NCBI GenBank assembly: GCA_963770895.1
Contig: CAVYRF010000002.1
Location: 1,536,001-1,600,000, forward strand
DNA from: an uncultured Acidobacteriota bacterium
Lineage (GTDB): Bacteria; Acidobacteriota; Thermoanaerobaculia; Multivoradales; UBA5704
DNA length: 64,000 bases
Direction: 5' to 3'
Shown here: positions 1-9,410 of the stretch, one piece after another
Layout of the letters: the number at the start of each line of letters is the position of its first letter
How positions within the stretch are numbered: the stretch's first letter is position 1
The notes under the pieces: generated by a model
The model's input: only the letters and a program-made list of their open reading frames with translations
Told to the model about the DNA's origin: nothing
Database searches by the model: none
Position numbers and translations under genes: made by a program

Positions 1-213
1 CCCGCGCAGGTCGTCGAGCGGCAGCAGCACCTTGCCGCCGAACAGCGCCCCGCCGAACAGCAGGCAGACGACCGCGCCCGCCACCGCCAGGACGCGCCTG
101 GGCAGCGGGTCGTACCACCGGCCCAGGGCCGCCGCCAAGCCCAGGGCCAGCGCCGTCGCGTACAGACCCGGCAGGAGATCCAGCGGACTCCAGTCAGGCG
201 CGCCGGCGGTCAT
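1..213 (-). CDS. Membrane protein, N-terminal part (YfhO/GT-C-like), runs off the window edge
   Basis: ATG at 213 overlaps the upstream gene's stop (ATGA). Manual translation MTAGAPDWSPLDLLPGLYATALALGLAAALGRWYDPLPRRVLAVAGAVVCLLFGGALFGGKVLLPLDDLRG is hydrophobic and open to base 1. Confidence 0.6.
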   Translation of the reverse strand, partial: MTAGAPDWSPLDLLPGLYATALALGLAAALGRWYDPLPRRVLAVAGAVVCLLFGGALFGGKVLLPLDDLRG

Positions 214-1229
214 GTCCTGCCGATTTGTCGTTTCTCGATGTAGCGGCCCAGGCGTTGCGATGGGGTTTGCGATTCGTCGTGGCGGGTCAGAAACTGGATG
301 ATCTGGTCGGGATCGTCGGTGACCAGCACGCGCTGTGCAAAGTCGTCGGGCTTGAACAGCGCCTGCAGGACCGCCACCGCCGGAATCCGCCGCGTCCAGT
401 AGTCGACGCCGTAAAACGTCATGGGGCTGAAGTTGCCGAAGACCCGGTAGAAGTTCTGGTTGGCGTCCTGGAAGATCTCCTGCAGGGTGCCGGCACCCCC
501 CTCGGAGTAGATGACGCCGTGCGTGGCGACCGCCAGCAGGCCGTCTTCGCGGATGCTGTTCTGGAAGTATTTGGCGATGTGGGTGGCCAGCAGGGTGGTG
601 GGCTCGTGGCCGTAGAGCCAGGTGGGGATCGCGACACTTTCGCCGGGATTCTTGACCCGCATCATGATGCGGGCGGCCGGCAGCGTCCAGGCGTGCGCCG
701 CCACCACCAGCGCGCCGTCGACGGCGCCGCTCGGGTCGATGACGTTTTGCAGGTTGTCCGGCAGCAGCGGCTGCGTCGCCAGAAGGGCGATGGCCTGGTC
801 CAGGTCCTGCGGGCTGCCGTGCCGCAGCAGCGCCCCCAGGTGCGTCGCCTCCATCGCCCCGGGACCGCCACCCGAAAGCAGGGTGAAGCCGCGCCGCGCC
901 AGCTGGTAGGCCAGCCGCGCGATCTTCTGGTATGCCGCCGAGCCGCGCGCCAGCTCGTGCCCGCCCATGATCCCCACCGCCTTGGCCGACGACTCGGCCA
1001 GGTATTCGTGCGTCGCCAGGGTGATCGAATTGTCGTGCAGCGCCTGCATCATCGCGGTGAAGTAGTCGTCCGGCTGCGACCTGCCGGCCGCGATGTACTG
1101 CCGATAGATGCGGAAATCCATCATCTCGGCATAGCTGGCCGGCCGCGCCGGATCGAACCCCGCCGCCAGCTCCTCCGGCGAATACAGCGTTTCGCGCAGC
1201 GGCCGGAAGGCGAACGGGAACTTCGGCAT
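210..1229 (-). CDS. LOG/SLOG-family Rossmann-fold nucleotide-binding protein
   Basis: Motifs GIMGGH, SGGGPGAMEA and EGGAGTLQEIF (PGGxGTxxE-like). ATG at 1229 is preferred over TTG at 1238. Confidence 0.75.
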   Translation of the reverse strand: MPKFPFAFRPLRETLYSPEELAAGFDPARPASYAEMMDFRIYRQYIAAGRSQPDDYFTAMMQALHDNSITLATHEYLAESSAKAVGIMGGHELARGSAAYQKIARLAYQLARRGFTLLSGGGPGAMEATHLGALLRHGSPQDLDQAIALLATQPLLPDNLQNVIDPSGAVDGALVVAAHAWTLPAARIMMRVKNPGESVAIPTWLYGHEPTTLLATHIAKYFQNSIREDGLLAVATHGVIYSEGGAGTLQEIFQDANQNFYRVFGNFSPMTFYGVDYWTRRIPAVAVLQALFKPDDFAQRVLVTDDPDQIIQFLTRHDESQTPSQRLGRYIEKRQIGRT

Positions 1230-1271
1230 GGCGGACAAATATCACGTTTCACCGCCCCGCAAGAGCGGCGC

Positions 1272-1300
1272 TTGACACCCGGTCGGGGGTGGTGCAAAGT
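1272..1300 (+). promoter_or_regulatory. Putative sigma70 promoter for wzm (probably leaderless)
   Basis: TTGACA (1272-1277), 17-nt spacer, TG-CAAAGT (1295-1300), then ATG 8 nt downstream with no Shine-Dalgarno. Confidence 0.45.
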
Positions 1301-1308
1301 CGCGCCGG

Positions 1309-2112
1309 ATGCTCCGGGTGGCGCGCCAGATCTTTCGTTTTAGGGGGTTGCTGGCGACGCTGACGGCGCGTGAGCTGAAGGCTCGCTACCGCGGTTCGGT
1401 CCTGGGGTTTCTCTGGTCGCTGGCCAATCCGCTGCTGCTGCTGGGGATCTACACTTTCGTGTTCGACGTGATCTTCCGGCCGCGCGTCGAAGGGATCTCT
1501 CCGTACGCGCTGTTCGTGGTGTGCGGGCTGTTTCCCTGGATCTGGCTCTCCGCTTCGACGCTGGAAGGCTCAATGTCGCTGGTCGCCAATTCGGGGCTGA
1601 TCCGCAAGGCGGTCTTTCCGGCGGAGCTGCTGCCGATGGTGGCGGTGCTCGCCAACGCCGTGCACCTGCTGCTGGCGATGCCGGTGCTGGTGGCGGGGCT
1701 GGTGACGGCGCGGCTGCTCAATCACTCGGTGGGCGGCGTGTCGGGGTTTCTGCTGCCGGCGGTGCTGCTGCTGCAAATTCCGATGATCGCCGGGCTGGCG
1801 GTGGGGGCGTCGGCGCTGACCGTCTACTTCAAGGACGTGCGGGACCTGCTGGCCAACCTGCTCAACCTGCTGTTCTTCGTCACCCCGATCCTCTATTCGC
1901 TGCAGTCGCTGGCCGGGCGGCCCGTGCTGTACTGGCTGGTGCGCCTCAATCCGTTCACCCCGTTCACCGCGGCCTACCAGCAGATCCTGTTTTTCGGCCG
2001 GCTGCCGGCGCTCTCGCTGTGGCTGCAGATGGCCGCCGTCAGCCTGGTCGCGTGGGCGCTCGGCGCCGGGATCTTCGAACGCCTGCGCGAGAACCTGGTC
2101 GAGACCGCATGA
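1309..2112 (+). CDS. wzm: ABC-2 polysaccharide export permease (Wzm/TagG-like)
   Basis: RELKARYRGSVLGFLWSLANPL, FFVTPILY and LNPFT motifs; about six TM segments. Confidence 0.9.
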   Translation: MLRVARQIFRFRGLLATLTARELKARYRGSVLGFLWSLANPLLLLGIYTFVFDVIFRPRVEGISPYALFVVCGLFPWIWLSASTLEGSMSLVANSGLIRKAVFPAELLPMVAVLANAVHLLLAMPVLVAGLVTARLLNHSVGGVSGFLLPAVLLLQIPMIAGLAVGASALTVYFKDVRDLLANLLNLLFFVTPILYSLQSLAGRPVLYWLVRLNPFTPFTAAYQQILFFGRLPALSLWLQMAAVSLVAWALGAGIFERLRENLVETA

Positions 2113-3599
2113 GCCGCCCGGATTCCGCTCCGGCGACGGCGCCCGGCGGCGACACGGCGGCGCCGCCGGTCATCCAGGTCCAGGACGTCGGCAAACGCTT
2201 CCGGCGGTCGCTGCCGGGCGACCGGCTGCGCACGCTCAAGAGCGCCCTGGTCGGCGGCCTGCGGACGCGCGACCTGCCGCCCGAAGACACCATCCCGGCG
2301 CTCTCCGGCGTCACCTTCAGCGTCGCGCGCGGCGAATCGTTCGGGTTGATCGGCGGCAACGGCTCGGGCAAGTCGACGCTGCTCAAGCTGGTGGCGGGCA
2401 TGCTGCGGCCGACCACCGGGCAGGTGGTGGTGGACGGGCGGGTGGCGGCCCTGATCGAGCTGGGGGCCGGGTTCCATCCCGAGATCTCGGGCCGGGAAAA
2501 CGTCTACATCAACGGCGCCGTGCTCGGCCTGTCGCGGCGTGAGATCGACCGCCGCTATGCCGACATCGTGGAGTTCTCGGGGTTGGGCGGCTTCATGGAG
2601 GAGCCGGTCAAAAACTATTCGTCGGGGATGTACGTGCGGCTGGGGTTCGCCGTCGCCATCCACACCGACCCCGACGTGCTGCTGGTGGACGAGGTGCTGG
2701 CGGTGGGCGACGAGGCGTTCGCCCACCGCTGCGTGCGCCGCATCGAAGAGTTCCTGGCGGCCGGCAGGACGCTGCTGCTGGTCAGCCACTCGCTCGACCT
2801 GGTGGCGGAGCTGTGCGATCGCGTGCTGTGGCTCGACCGCGGCGACCAGCGGCTGGTCGGCGAGCCGCGGCGCGTGGTGGACGCCTACCGCCAGGCGGTG
2901 GCCGAGCAGGAGGGCGCCGAGCACCTGGCGGCGGCCAACCGCCAGCGCGCGGCGCTCGCGGCCGGCGGCACCGCCGCGGACGCCGACAACCCCGCAAATC
3001 CTGCGCACCCCGCGCACCCTCCAAACATCGCGAACGTTGCAGGCGCCACCGCCGGCGGCGGCAGGGGCGGCCGCACCGGCGCCGGCGATGCCGCCGCCGA
3101 AGCGGACCGCTGGGGCTCGCGCGCCGCCGAGCTGACCGGCATCCGTCTGCTGGGAGCCGACGGCGCCGAGCGCTACCTGCTGGCGTCCGGCGAGCCGGCG
3201 GTGTTCGAGCTGCGCGCCCGCGCCCTGGCGCCGCTGGACGACTTCGTGTTCGGCATCGCCATCCGCACGCCGCGCGGCTTCGAATGCTGGGGCACCAACA
3301 CCGACCTGGCGGGCTACCTGCCCGGCCGCCTGAGCGGCGAGGTGGTGGTGCGGGTGACCTGCCCGGCGCTGCGCCTGGCTCCCGGCGAATACACCCTGGA
3401 CGCGGCGGTGCACGCGCGCGACGGCGCTCCCTACGACTACCACCGCCGGGCGCTCGGCTTCACCGTCACCGCCAGGGCCGGCGGCATCGGCGTCTACTTC
3501 CCCGAGCACCGCTGGGACTTTGCCGGCGACGTCGCCTGGGAAGCGGCCCCCGAAGCCGCGGGCGCGGCCGCCGACACCTCACCCGCCTCACCCGCCTGA
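2109..3599 (+). CDS. wzt: ABC polysaccharide export ATPase with Wzt C-terminal carbohydrate-binding domain
   Basis: ATGA overlap with wzm; Walker A GGNGSGKST, signature YSSGM, Walker B LLVDEVLAVGD; C-terminal Wzt_C-like domain (LAPGEYTLDAAVH). Confidence 0.9.
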   Translation: MSRPDSAPATAPGGDTAAPPVIQVQDVGKRFRRSLPGDRLRTLKSALVGGLRTRDLPPEDTIPALSGVTFSVARGESFGLIGGNGSGKSTLLKLVAGMLRPTTGQVVVDGRVAALIELGAGFHPEISGRENVYINGAVLGLSRREIDRRYADIVEFSGLGGFMEEPVKNYSSGMYVRLGFAVAIHTDPDVLLVDEVLAVGDEAFAHRCVRRIEEFLAAGRTLLLVSHSLDLVAELCDRVLWLDRGDQRLVGEPRRVVDAYRQAVAEQEGAEHLAAANRQRAALAAGGTAADADNPANPAHPAHPPNIANVAGATAGGGRGGRTGAGDAAAEADRWGSRAAELTGIRLLGADGAERYLLASGEPAVFELRARALAPLDDFVFGIAIRTPRGFECWGTNTDLAGYLPGRLSGEVVVRVTCPALRLAPGEYTLDAAVHARDGAPYDYHRRALGFTVTARAGGIGVYFPEHRWDFAGDVAWEAAPEAAGAAADTSPASPA

Positions 3600-3697
3600 G
3601 CCGGCGGCGCCCCCCACCCCCTGCCCCTCGCCCCGGCGGCCGGACCCTTTGCTGTACGATCGCGCGGCAGGTCCAACGCCGCGCAAGGAGGTTGCCG

Positions 3698-3988
3698 ATG
3701 GCCGAGCCCGCCGAGGGTCAGAACCTGAACGTGAAGATCAGCGACGACGAGCTGCGGGGCCACTACTCGAACCTGCTCCGCATCGCACACACCCGCGAGG
3801 AATTCATCCTGGACTTCATCAACGCGCTGCCGCCCCAGGCCATCGTGTCGGCGCGCATCCTGACCAGCCCCGGACACCTCAAGCGGATCATCCGGGCGCT
3901 GTCCACCAACCTGGAGCGATACGAAGAGACGTTCGGCCCGGTGCGGGAAGCCGCCGAACCGGCCGCCGCCGACGGCAGCGTCCACTGA
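3698..3988 (+). CDS. DUF3467-family small protein
   Basis: AAGGAGG RBS; GHYSNLLRIAHTREEFILDF...SPGHLKRIIRAL..NLERYE..FG pattern. Confidence 0.8.
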   Translation: MAEPAEGQNLNVKISDDELRGHYSNLLRIAHTREEFILDFINALPPQAIVSARILTSPGHLKRIIRALSTNLERYEETFGPVREAAEPAAADGSVH

Positions 3989-4109
3989 AGATCTGACTGA
4001 AGATTTGAAGACCGCCGCCCTCCCGCGTGCCGCCGCTCGCGCCGCGACACGCCGGGAGGGTCCTGCATCCTGGAACCGCGGCCTGGCGGCTACGGCCCCT
4101 CCTGCACCG

Positions 4110-4586
4110 TCAGCTGACGGCCAGCAGCTCGACTTCAAACACCAGCGTGGCACCCGGCGGGATGACGCCGCCCGCTCCCTGGCGGCCATAGCCCAGCTCC
4201 GCCGGGATGACCAGCTTGCGCTTGCCGCCGACCTTCATGCCCGCGACGCCCTGGTCCCAGCCCTTGATGACCTGGCCGGCGCCGAGCTTGAACTTGAACG
4301 GTTGGTTGCGGTCCAGGCTGGAATCGAACTTGGTGCCGTTTTCGAGCCAGCCGGTGTAGTGCACCTGGACCACGTCGCCAGCCTTGGCTTCGGCGCCGGT
4401 GCCTTCCTTGAGCTCGGTGTACTTCAGTCCGGTTGCGGTGACGATCTCTTTGGGCGCGTTGGCTGCACTGGATGGTTCCATGGGCTTGGGTTCCTGGGCG
4501 ACGAGGACCGCCGCCGAAAGCATGCCCGCGACGGCGAGCGACACCACTCTCGCCAGGAGAGCACGCGCGCTGGGCTTGGGGTTCAT
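4110..4586 (-). CDS. FKBP-type peptidyl-prolyl cis-trans isomerase, secreted
   Basis: [44 protein letters not shown]; signal peptide; AAGGAG RBS; ATG overlaps the hutI stop. Confidence 0.95.
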   Translation of the reverse strand: MNPKPSARALLARVVSLAVAGMLSAAVLVAQEPKPMEPSSAANAPKEIVTATGLKYTELKEGTGAEAKAGDVVQVHYTGWLENGTKFDSSLDRNQPFKFKLGAGQVIKGWDQGVAGMKVGGKRKLVIPAELGYGRQGAGGVIPPGATLVFEVELLAVS

Positions 4587-5872
4587 GGGCCGATCTCCTT
4601 TTCGGTATCGAATCGAGGAGGATTGTACGCCAGGAGCCGGCCGCCTTTGACCACCGCCACAACCGGGTTGATGCCGTAGTGGTAGGCCAGGTGCAGCAGG
4701 TTGGGAGCGTCGAGCAGCGCCAGGTCCGCCCGCTTGCCGACCTCGATCGAGCCGATCTCGCCGCCCAGGCCCAGGCTGCACGCGGCGTTCAGGGTGGCGG
4801 CGGTCAGGCTCTCCTCGATCGACAGGCCCAGCTCGAGGACCGCCAGGACCAGCACCATCGGCATCGATTCGGTGTGCGACGAACCGGGATTGCAGTCGGT
4901 GGCGAGCGCGATCGGCACGCCCGCTTCGACCAGCCGCCGGGCCGGCGCATAGCGATGCTTCATCAGGAAGAAGCTGGTGCCCGGCAGCAGCACCGCGATC
5001 ACCCCGGCGCGCGCCAGGGCGTCGATGCCGGCGGGGGAGACCGCGATCAGGTGGTCCGCCGACAGCGCGCCCAGCTCGCCCGCCAGCTGGGCGCCGCCGG
5101 AGTCGACAAACTCATCGGCGTGCAGACGCGGCGCCAGGCCGTGGCGCACGCCCGCCTGCAGCACCCGGCGCGATTCCGCGGCGTCGAACACCCCATGTTC
5201 GCAGAACACGTCGCAGAAGCGCGCCAGGCCCGCTTCGGCGGCGGCCGGGATGATCTCGCCGCAGATCAGGTCGAGGAAGCGGGTGCGATCGTGGCGCGCT
5301 TCGGGCGGCACCTCGTGCGCCGCGAGCAGGGTCGGCACCAGGTCCACCGGGTGGCCGGCGGCGGCGCGCTGGATGGCGCGCAGCTGCTTGAGCTCGGCGG
5401 CGAGCGACAGCCCATAGCCGCTCTTGGCTTCCGCCGTGGTCGTGCCCCAGCGCAGCATCTGGTCGAGGCGGCGGCGCACCGCGACGACCAGGTCGTCCTC
5501 GCTGGCGCGCCGGGTGGCGGCGACGGTGGAAAGGATGCCGCCGCCGGCGGCGGCGATCTCCTGATAGGTCTTGCCGGCCAGGCGCGCGGCAAACTCCTCT
5601 TCGCGGCTGCCCGCCCAGGGCAGGTGGGTGTGGGGGTCGACAAAGCCCGGCACCAGCGTCCTGCCGCGGCCGTCCACCCGCGCCACGTCGGGCAGTTCTC
5701 CCAGCTGCTCCAGCCGCTCGGCGCGCGAGCCGACAAAGGCGATGCGGCCTTCGCGGCACAGCACCTCGGCATCGCGCAAGCGCAGCACCCGCCCCTGGTC
5801 GGCGCCCCGCCGCGGCACGGTACCGAGCGGCGTGGCAAGCTCCGCCAGGTTTTCGATCAGCAGCGCCGTCAT
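4583..5872 (-). CDS. hutI: Imidazolonepropionase
   Basis: [36 protein letters not shown] and ATDCNPGSS motifs. Confidence 0.93.
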   Translation of the reverse strand: MTALLIENLAELATPLGTVPRRGADQGRVLRLRDAEVLCREGRIAFVGSRAERLEQLGELPDVARVDGRGRTLVPGFVDPHTHLPWAGSREEEFAARLAGKTYQEIAAAGGGILSTVAATRRASEDDLVVAVRRRLDQMLRWGTTTAEAKSGYGLSLAAELKQLRAIQRAAAGHPVDLVPTLLAAHEVPPEARHDRTRFLDLICGEIIPAAAEAGLARFCDVFCEHGVFDAAESRRVLQAGVRHGLAPRLHADEFVDSGGAQLAGELGALSADHLIAVSPAGIDALARAGVIAVLLPGTSFFLMKHRYAPARRLVEAGVPIALATDCNPGSSHTESMPMVLVLAVLELGLSIEESLTAATLNAACSLGLGGEIGSIEVGKRADLALLDAPNLLHLAYHYGINPVVAVVKGGRLLAYNPPRFDTEKEIGP

Positions 5873-5889
5873 TCGGTTGCTCCTCGGGG

Positions 5890-6606
5890 TCACTCCTGGA
5901 GGGAGGGGGGGCCGTCCCGCAGGCCGACCTGCGCGGCTCCCAGCTCCTGGACCGCGGCCCGGCGCCAGGCTTCGACGTCCTCCCAGGCGACCGGCACGGC
6001 CAGGCGCGGCATGGCTTCGCCGGCGGTCTCCGAAAGGTCGGCCAGGGCTTTGAGCGCCTGCAGCTGGAAGTCGCGCACGTGCCCGAACTTGGCGGCGGCG
6101 CCCGCCAGCAGCTGGGGCAGCGGCAGCTCGCGGCAGAGCAGGTACAGGTCGACGAAGTCGCGCCGCGAGCCGCGGCTGATGAGCGCTCCGAGCTTCATCA
6201 GGCCGAGGTCGAAAGCCGAGGCGAGCGCCAGGCCGTCGATCTCCTCGACCGGCGCCACCAGCGGATACGGATAGTAGTAAAAACGCACGCCGACGCCGGC
6301 ATCGGTGCCGCCCAGGCGGACGAAGAGGTACCCATCGCGCGCCGTCTCGACGCGCGTCGCGGCATCGAGCGCCAGCAGCGCCTGCAACAGGTCGCGGCGC
6401 TCGGTGCCGGTCAACCGGTTGGTGCCGGTCATCAGGTCCAGCTCGCCGGCGGGGCGGTGCCCCAGGTAGAGCGCCAGACCGCTGCCGCCGGCCAGGTAGA
6501 AGTCCTCCGCCCACGGCGCCGCGGCCAGCCGGCCGGCCAGCGCCTGGGCGCGCGGCGACAGCGCCTCGCGATGGCTGGGTGCCAGAGAAACCGGCGGCGG
6601 GATCAC
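5890..6606 (-). CDS. AbiEii/AbiGii-family nucleotidyltransferase (type IV TA toxin-like)
   Basis: FYLAGGSGLALYLGHR..ELDL and MKLGALISRGSRRDFVDLY; GTG start at 6606 inferred. Confidence 0.8.
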   Translation of the reverse strand: MIPPPVSLAPSHREALSPRAQALAGRLAAAPWAEDFYLAGGSGLALYLGHRPAGELDLMTGTNRLTGTERRDLLQALLALDAATRVETARDGYLFVRLGGTDAGVGVRFYYYPYPLVAPVEEIDGLALASAFDLGLMKLGALISRGSRRDFVDLYLLCRELPLPQLLAGAAAKFGHVRDFQLQALKALADLSETAGEAMPRLAVPVAWEDVEAWRRAAVQELGAAQVGLRDGPPSLQE

Positions 6607-6649
6607 GCCGTCGCCCGTCCGCGGTCGAGCGCCCCGCCCGGGCGGGACG

Positions 6650-6961
6650 TCAGAGCGGCCACAGTTCGCGCCGCCGCCCGAGCGCCGCCTGGAGCTCTGG
6701 CGGCGCCGGCGGCAGGTCCAGGACAAGCGTCCAAAAGGCGAGGCTGCGGCGCGACAGGCGCCGGGCCCCGTGCTGCTCGACCCATGCCGCCAGGGATGCC
6801 CGCGGCAGCCGGCGGCAGAGCCAGGCGAGATCCGCGCCGTCGCCGTCTTCCAGCAGCCGCCCGACCACGTGCGGGTCGGGCGCGGCAGGGTCGAAAGGCG
6901 CCGGCACCTCCGCAAACAGGCGCAGCGCCGCGGCGGGCATCTCCATGCCGGACGGCAACAA
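6650..6961 (-). CDS. Small DUF6922-like protein, the usual upstream partner of AbiEii-type genes
   Basis: VVGRLLEDGD..DLAWL...LSRRSLAFW pattern, directly upstream of the AbiEii-like gene. Confidence 0.65.
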   Translation of the reverse strand: MLPSGMEMPAAALRLFAEVPAPFDPAAPDPHVVGRLLEDGDGADLAWLCRRLPRASLAAWVEQHGARRLSRRSLAFWTLVLDLPPAPPELQAALGRRRELWPL

Positions 6962-6973
6962 GCGGGTCAGGGG

Positions 6974-7474
6974 TCAGGCTTCCCGTCGCTTGCGCGGCAG
7001 CGTCAGGACGGTCGCCGAGTTGCGCTCGTCCTCCATCTCGGCTTCCAGGACGCGCTGGAACAGGTCCAGGTTGTTCTTGAACTTGACCTGCAGCTCGCGG
7101 CGCAGCGTGCGCAGTTCGGCGATCTTGCTTTCGATCCGCGAGGACTGCTCGATGGCCTGCTGGACGATGCGATCCGCCGCCAGCTCGGCCTCCTTGACCG
7201 TCAGCTCGGCTTCGCGCTTGGCGGTGGCGGTGATCTCATCCGACACCTTTTGCGCCCGCAGCAGCGTCTGCTGCAGCTGGTGCTCCCGGTTTTCGGTCTC
7301 TTCCAGCCGCTGCTTGTAGTAGCGCGCTTCGTGTTCCAGCTTTTCGATCTGGGACAGCCGGTCCGCCAGCTCGTCGGCGACCATGGCCAGGAACAGCTCG
7401 ACTTCGCCCGTGTCGCAACCGCGCAGTTTCTGCGGGAAGCGCATGCGCTGGATTTCGAGGGGAGTCAGGCCCAT
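6974..7474 (-). CDS. divIVA: DivIVA domain protein
   Basis: MGLTPLEIQRMRFPQKLRGCD..EVELFL N-terminus followed by coiled coil; adjacent to yggS. Confidence 0.88.
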   Translation of the reverse strand: MGLTPLEIQRMRFPQKLRGCDTGEVELFLAMVADELADRLSQIEKLEHEARYYKQRLEETENREHQLQQTLLRAQKVSDEITATAKREAELTVKEAELAADRIVQQAIEQSSRIESKIAELRTLRRELQVKFKNNLDLFQRVLEAEMEDERNSATVLTLPRKRREA

Positions 7475-7532
7475 AGGCGATCCTTTATGCGGCGATCCAC
7501 CCGGCGGCATCGCCACGTCTAGAGAAGGATGC

Positions 7533-8354
7533 CTATCTTAGCATGGACAAAGGCTGTACCCGCGGACCGAAGAGCGCGGTGCCGACCCGCACGTGGGTCG
7601 CGCCCTCTGCGATCGCCGCCTCGAAATCGTCGCTCATCCCCATCGACAGGTACCCCGGCCAGCCCGCCCATTCGGGCAGCGCACCCAGCGCGTCGCGCAG
7701 CTCCCGCAGCCGGCGGAACCAGGCGCGCGCCGCCGCGTCGGATTCCTCCTGCGGCGGGATGGCCATCAGGCCGACGATGCGCAGCGCGGGCAGGGCGGCG
7801 AGCGGGCGCAGCGCCACCGCCAGGTCGGCAGCGCCAAAGCCGTGCTTGCTCGGCTCGCCGGCCAGGTTCACCTCGATGAAGCCGGTCAGGGCGAGACCGC
7901 GCCGCGCCGCCTCGCGATCCACGGCGGTGACGATGGCGGCGCGGTCCAGCGAATGGATGCAGGTGAACAGATCGAGCGCCTGGCGGATCTTGTTGCTTTG
8001 CAGCGGCCCGATCAGGTGCCATTCGATGTTGGGGGCCGGTGGGGCCAGTGGAGCCGGTGGCGCCGCGGCCGCCTGGGAGGCAGGCGCCGCCGGCCCGGCG
8101 GCAGGCGGCATCAGCAGCGCGAGCTGGCGGCTTTTGGCCAGCGCCTCCTGGACCCGGTTCTCCCCCAGCAGGCGCAGGCCGGCGTCGACGAAGGGGCGGA
8201 CCGCTTCGGCGGGCTGCGTCTTGCTGGCGGCGACCAGGGTGACCGAGCCGGGCGGCCGGCCGGCCCGGCGGCAGGCGGCGGCGATCCGCTCGTCGATCAC
8301 CGCCAGCCGCTCGGCCGCAGGGGCGGCCGGGGAGCCGGCGGGAGGAACGGTCAC
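7533..8354 (-). CDS. yggS: YggS/PLPBP pyridoxal phosphate homeostasis protein
   Basis: LVAASKTQ, GENRVQE, WHLIGPLQSNK and LSMGMSDDFE.AI.EGATHVRVGTALFG; GTG start inferred. Confidence 0.92.
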   Translation of the reverse strand: MTVPPAGSPAAPAAERLAVIDERIAAACRRAGRPPGSVTLVAASKTQPAEAVRPFVDAGLRLLGENRVQEALAKSRQLALLMPPAAGPAAPASQAAAAPPAPLAPPAPNIEWHLIGPLQSNKIRQALDLFTCIHSLDRAAIVTAVDREAARRGLALTGFIEVNLAGEPSKHGFGAADLAVALRPLAALPALRIVGLMAIPPQEESDAAARAWFRRLRELRDALGALPEWAGWPGYLSMGMSDDFEAAIAEGATHVRVGTALFGPRVQPLSMLR

Positions 8355-8388
8355 CGCTGGCTCCTGCCGACCGCGAGGCGCCAGCCGG

Positions 8389-9132
8389 TCAGACCGGCTG
8401 CTCGACCAGGTGCAGGATGCGCTTGCAGCTGTCGCACTGCACCAGCCCCTCGCCGTTGGTGATCTCGACCACCACCTGGGGCCGCACCCGGTAGTTGCAG
8501 ACGCCGCAATGCCACTCGCGCGGACCCTTGCGCGGCCCCTCGATGATGCGGACGGGCGCCAGGGCGCCGGCGGGGTTGCGTTCCAGGATGCGCTCGAACT
8601 GCGCCAGCACCGCGCGCGGCAGCTTGGCGCGCAGCTGTTGGATCTGCTCGCGCAGAGCCTTCGCCTGGCGCTGAATCTCCGGCTTTTCGGCGTCCCAGCG
8701 CGCCAGCTCGGTGGCATAGCGGTCGGCCAGGTCGCGGAACGCATCGCGCTTTTCGGTCACTTCCAGCTGCTTTTCGTCGTGACGATCGAGCGACGTCAGC
8801 GCCTGTTCCTCGAAGCCGCCGATCTGCGACTTGACGGTGTCGATCTCCTGCAGCAGGGCGCCGTACTCCCGCTGCGTGCTGACGCGGTTGATCTGCTGCT
8901 GGTACTTCTTGAGCTTGTCTTGCGCGTCGGCAACCGCCGCTTCGGCGGTGCGCCGCTCTCGCGACGCCTCTTCCATGGTCTGTTCCAGCTCGTCGATCTC
9001 GGCTTTGCGCTGGGCGTGCTCATCGTGCAGCTCGCGCATCCAGTCGGGGATGCCGTGCAGTCGGTGCTCAGCCTCCCGGAGGGCCAGGATGGCTTGCTGC
9101 AGCTCCACGACGTGTTGCAGATTCGGGTTCAT
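8389..9132 (-). CDS. Coiled-coil protein with C-terminal C4 zinc ribbon (DUF164/CT398-like)
   Basis: Long coiled coil with REYGALLQEI, then CGVC...CDSCKRIL. Confidence 0.88.
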   Translation of the reverse strand: MNPNLQHVVELQQAILALREAEHRLHGIPDWMRELHDEHAQRKAEIDELEQTMEEASRERRTAEAAVADAQDKLKKYQQQINRVSTQREYGALLQEIDTVKSQIGGFEEQALTSLDRHDEKQLEVTEKRDAFRDLADRYATELARWDAEKPEIQRQAKALREQIQQLRAKLPRAVLAQFERILERNPAGALAPVRIIEGPRKGPREWHCGVCNYRVRPQVVVEITNGEGLVQCDSCKRILHLVEQPV

Positions 9133-9244
9133 CGACAGGACAGCTCCTCTCTCCGATTCGCGGCGCCACCGGCGCCCGGACGCTCATCGCCGGGACGGCT
9201 GCGGGACCGCGGCCTCAAAAAAACAGGGATCATGCCGTTCGAAG

Positions 9245-9317
9245 TGGGTCCACCTGGATTTGAACCAGGGACCTGCCGGTTATGAGCCGGACGCTCTAAC
9301 CGCTGAGCTATGGACCC
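9245..9317 (-). tRNA. tRNA with CAT anticodon, most likely tRNA-Ile2 (lysidine); CCA not encoded
   Basis: GGGTCCATAGCTCAGCGGTTAGAGCGTCCGGCTCATAACCGGCAGGTCCCTGGTTCAAATCCAGGTGGACCCA folds as a cloverleaf; TATACT -10 box at 9343-9348. Confidence 0.9.
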
Positions 9318-9410
9318 GGAAGAGCCCTGGTGCGGGCGTGCCAGTATAGCACTGCGCGATGGGCCGCCGCGGGCGGCCGGATCTGCGCTCGAACGGTGGT
9401 GGGTCATCTT

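Noticed and set aside
5905-5911. G7 tract at the 3' end of the AbiEii-like gene as another frameshift
   Set aside because: The gene already ends sensibly just before the hutI RBS and start, so there is no sign of a broken frame.
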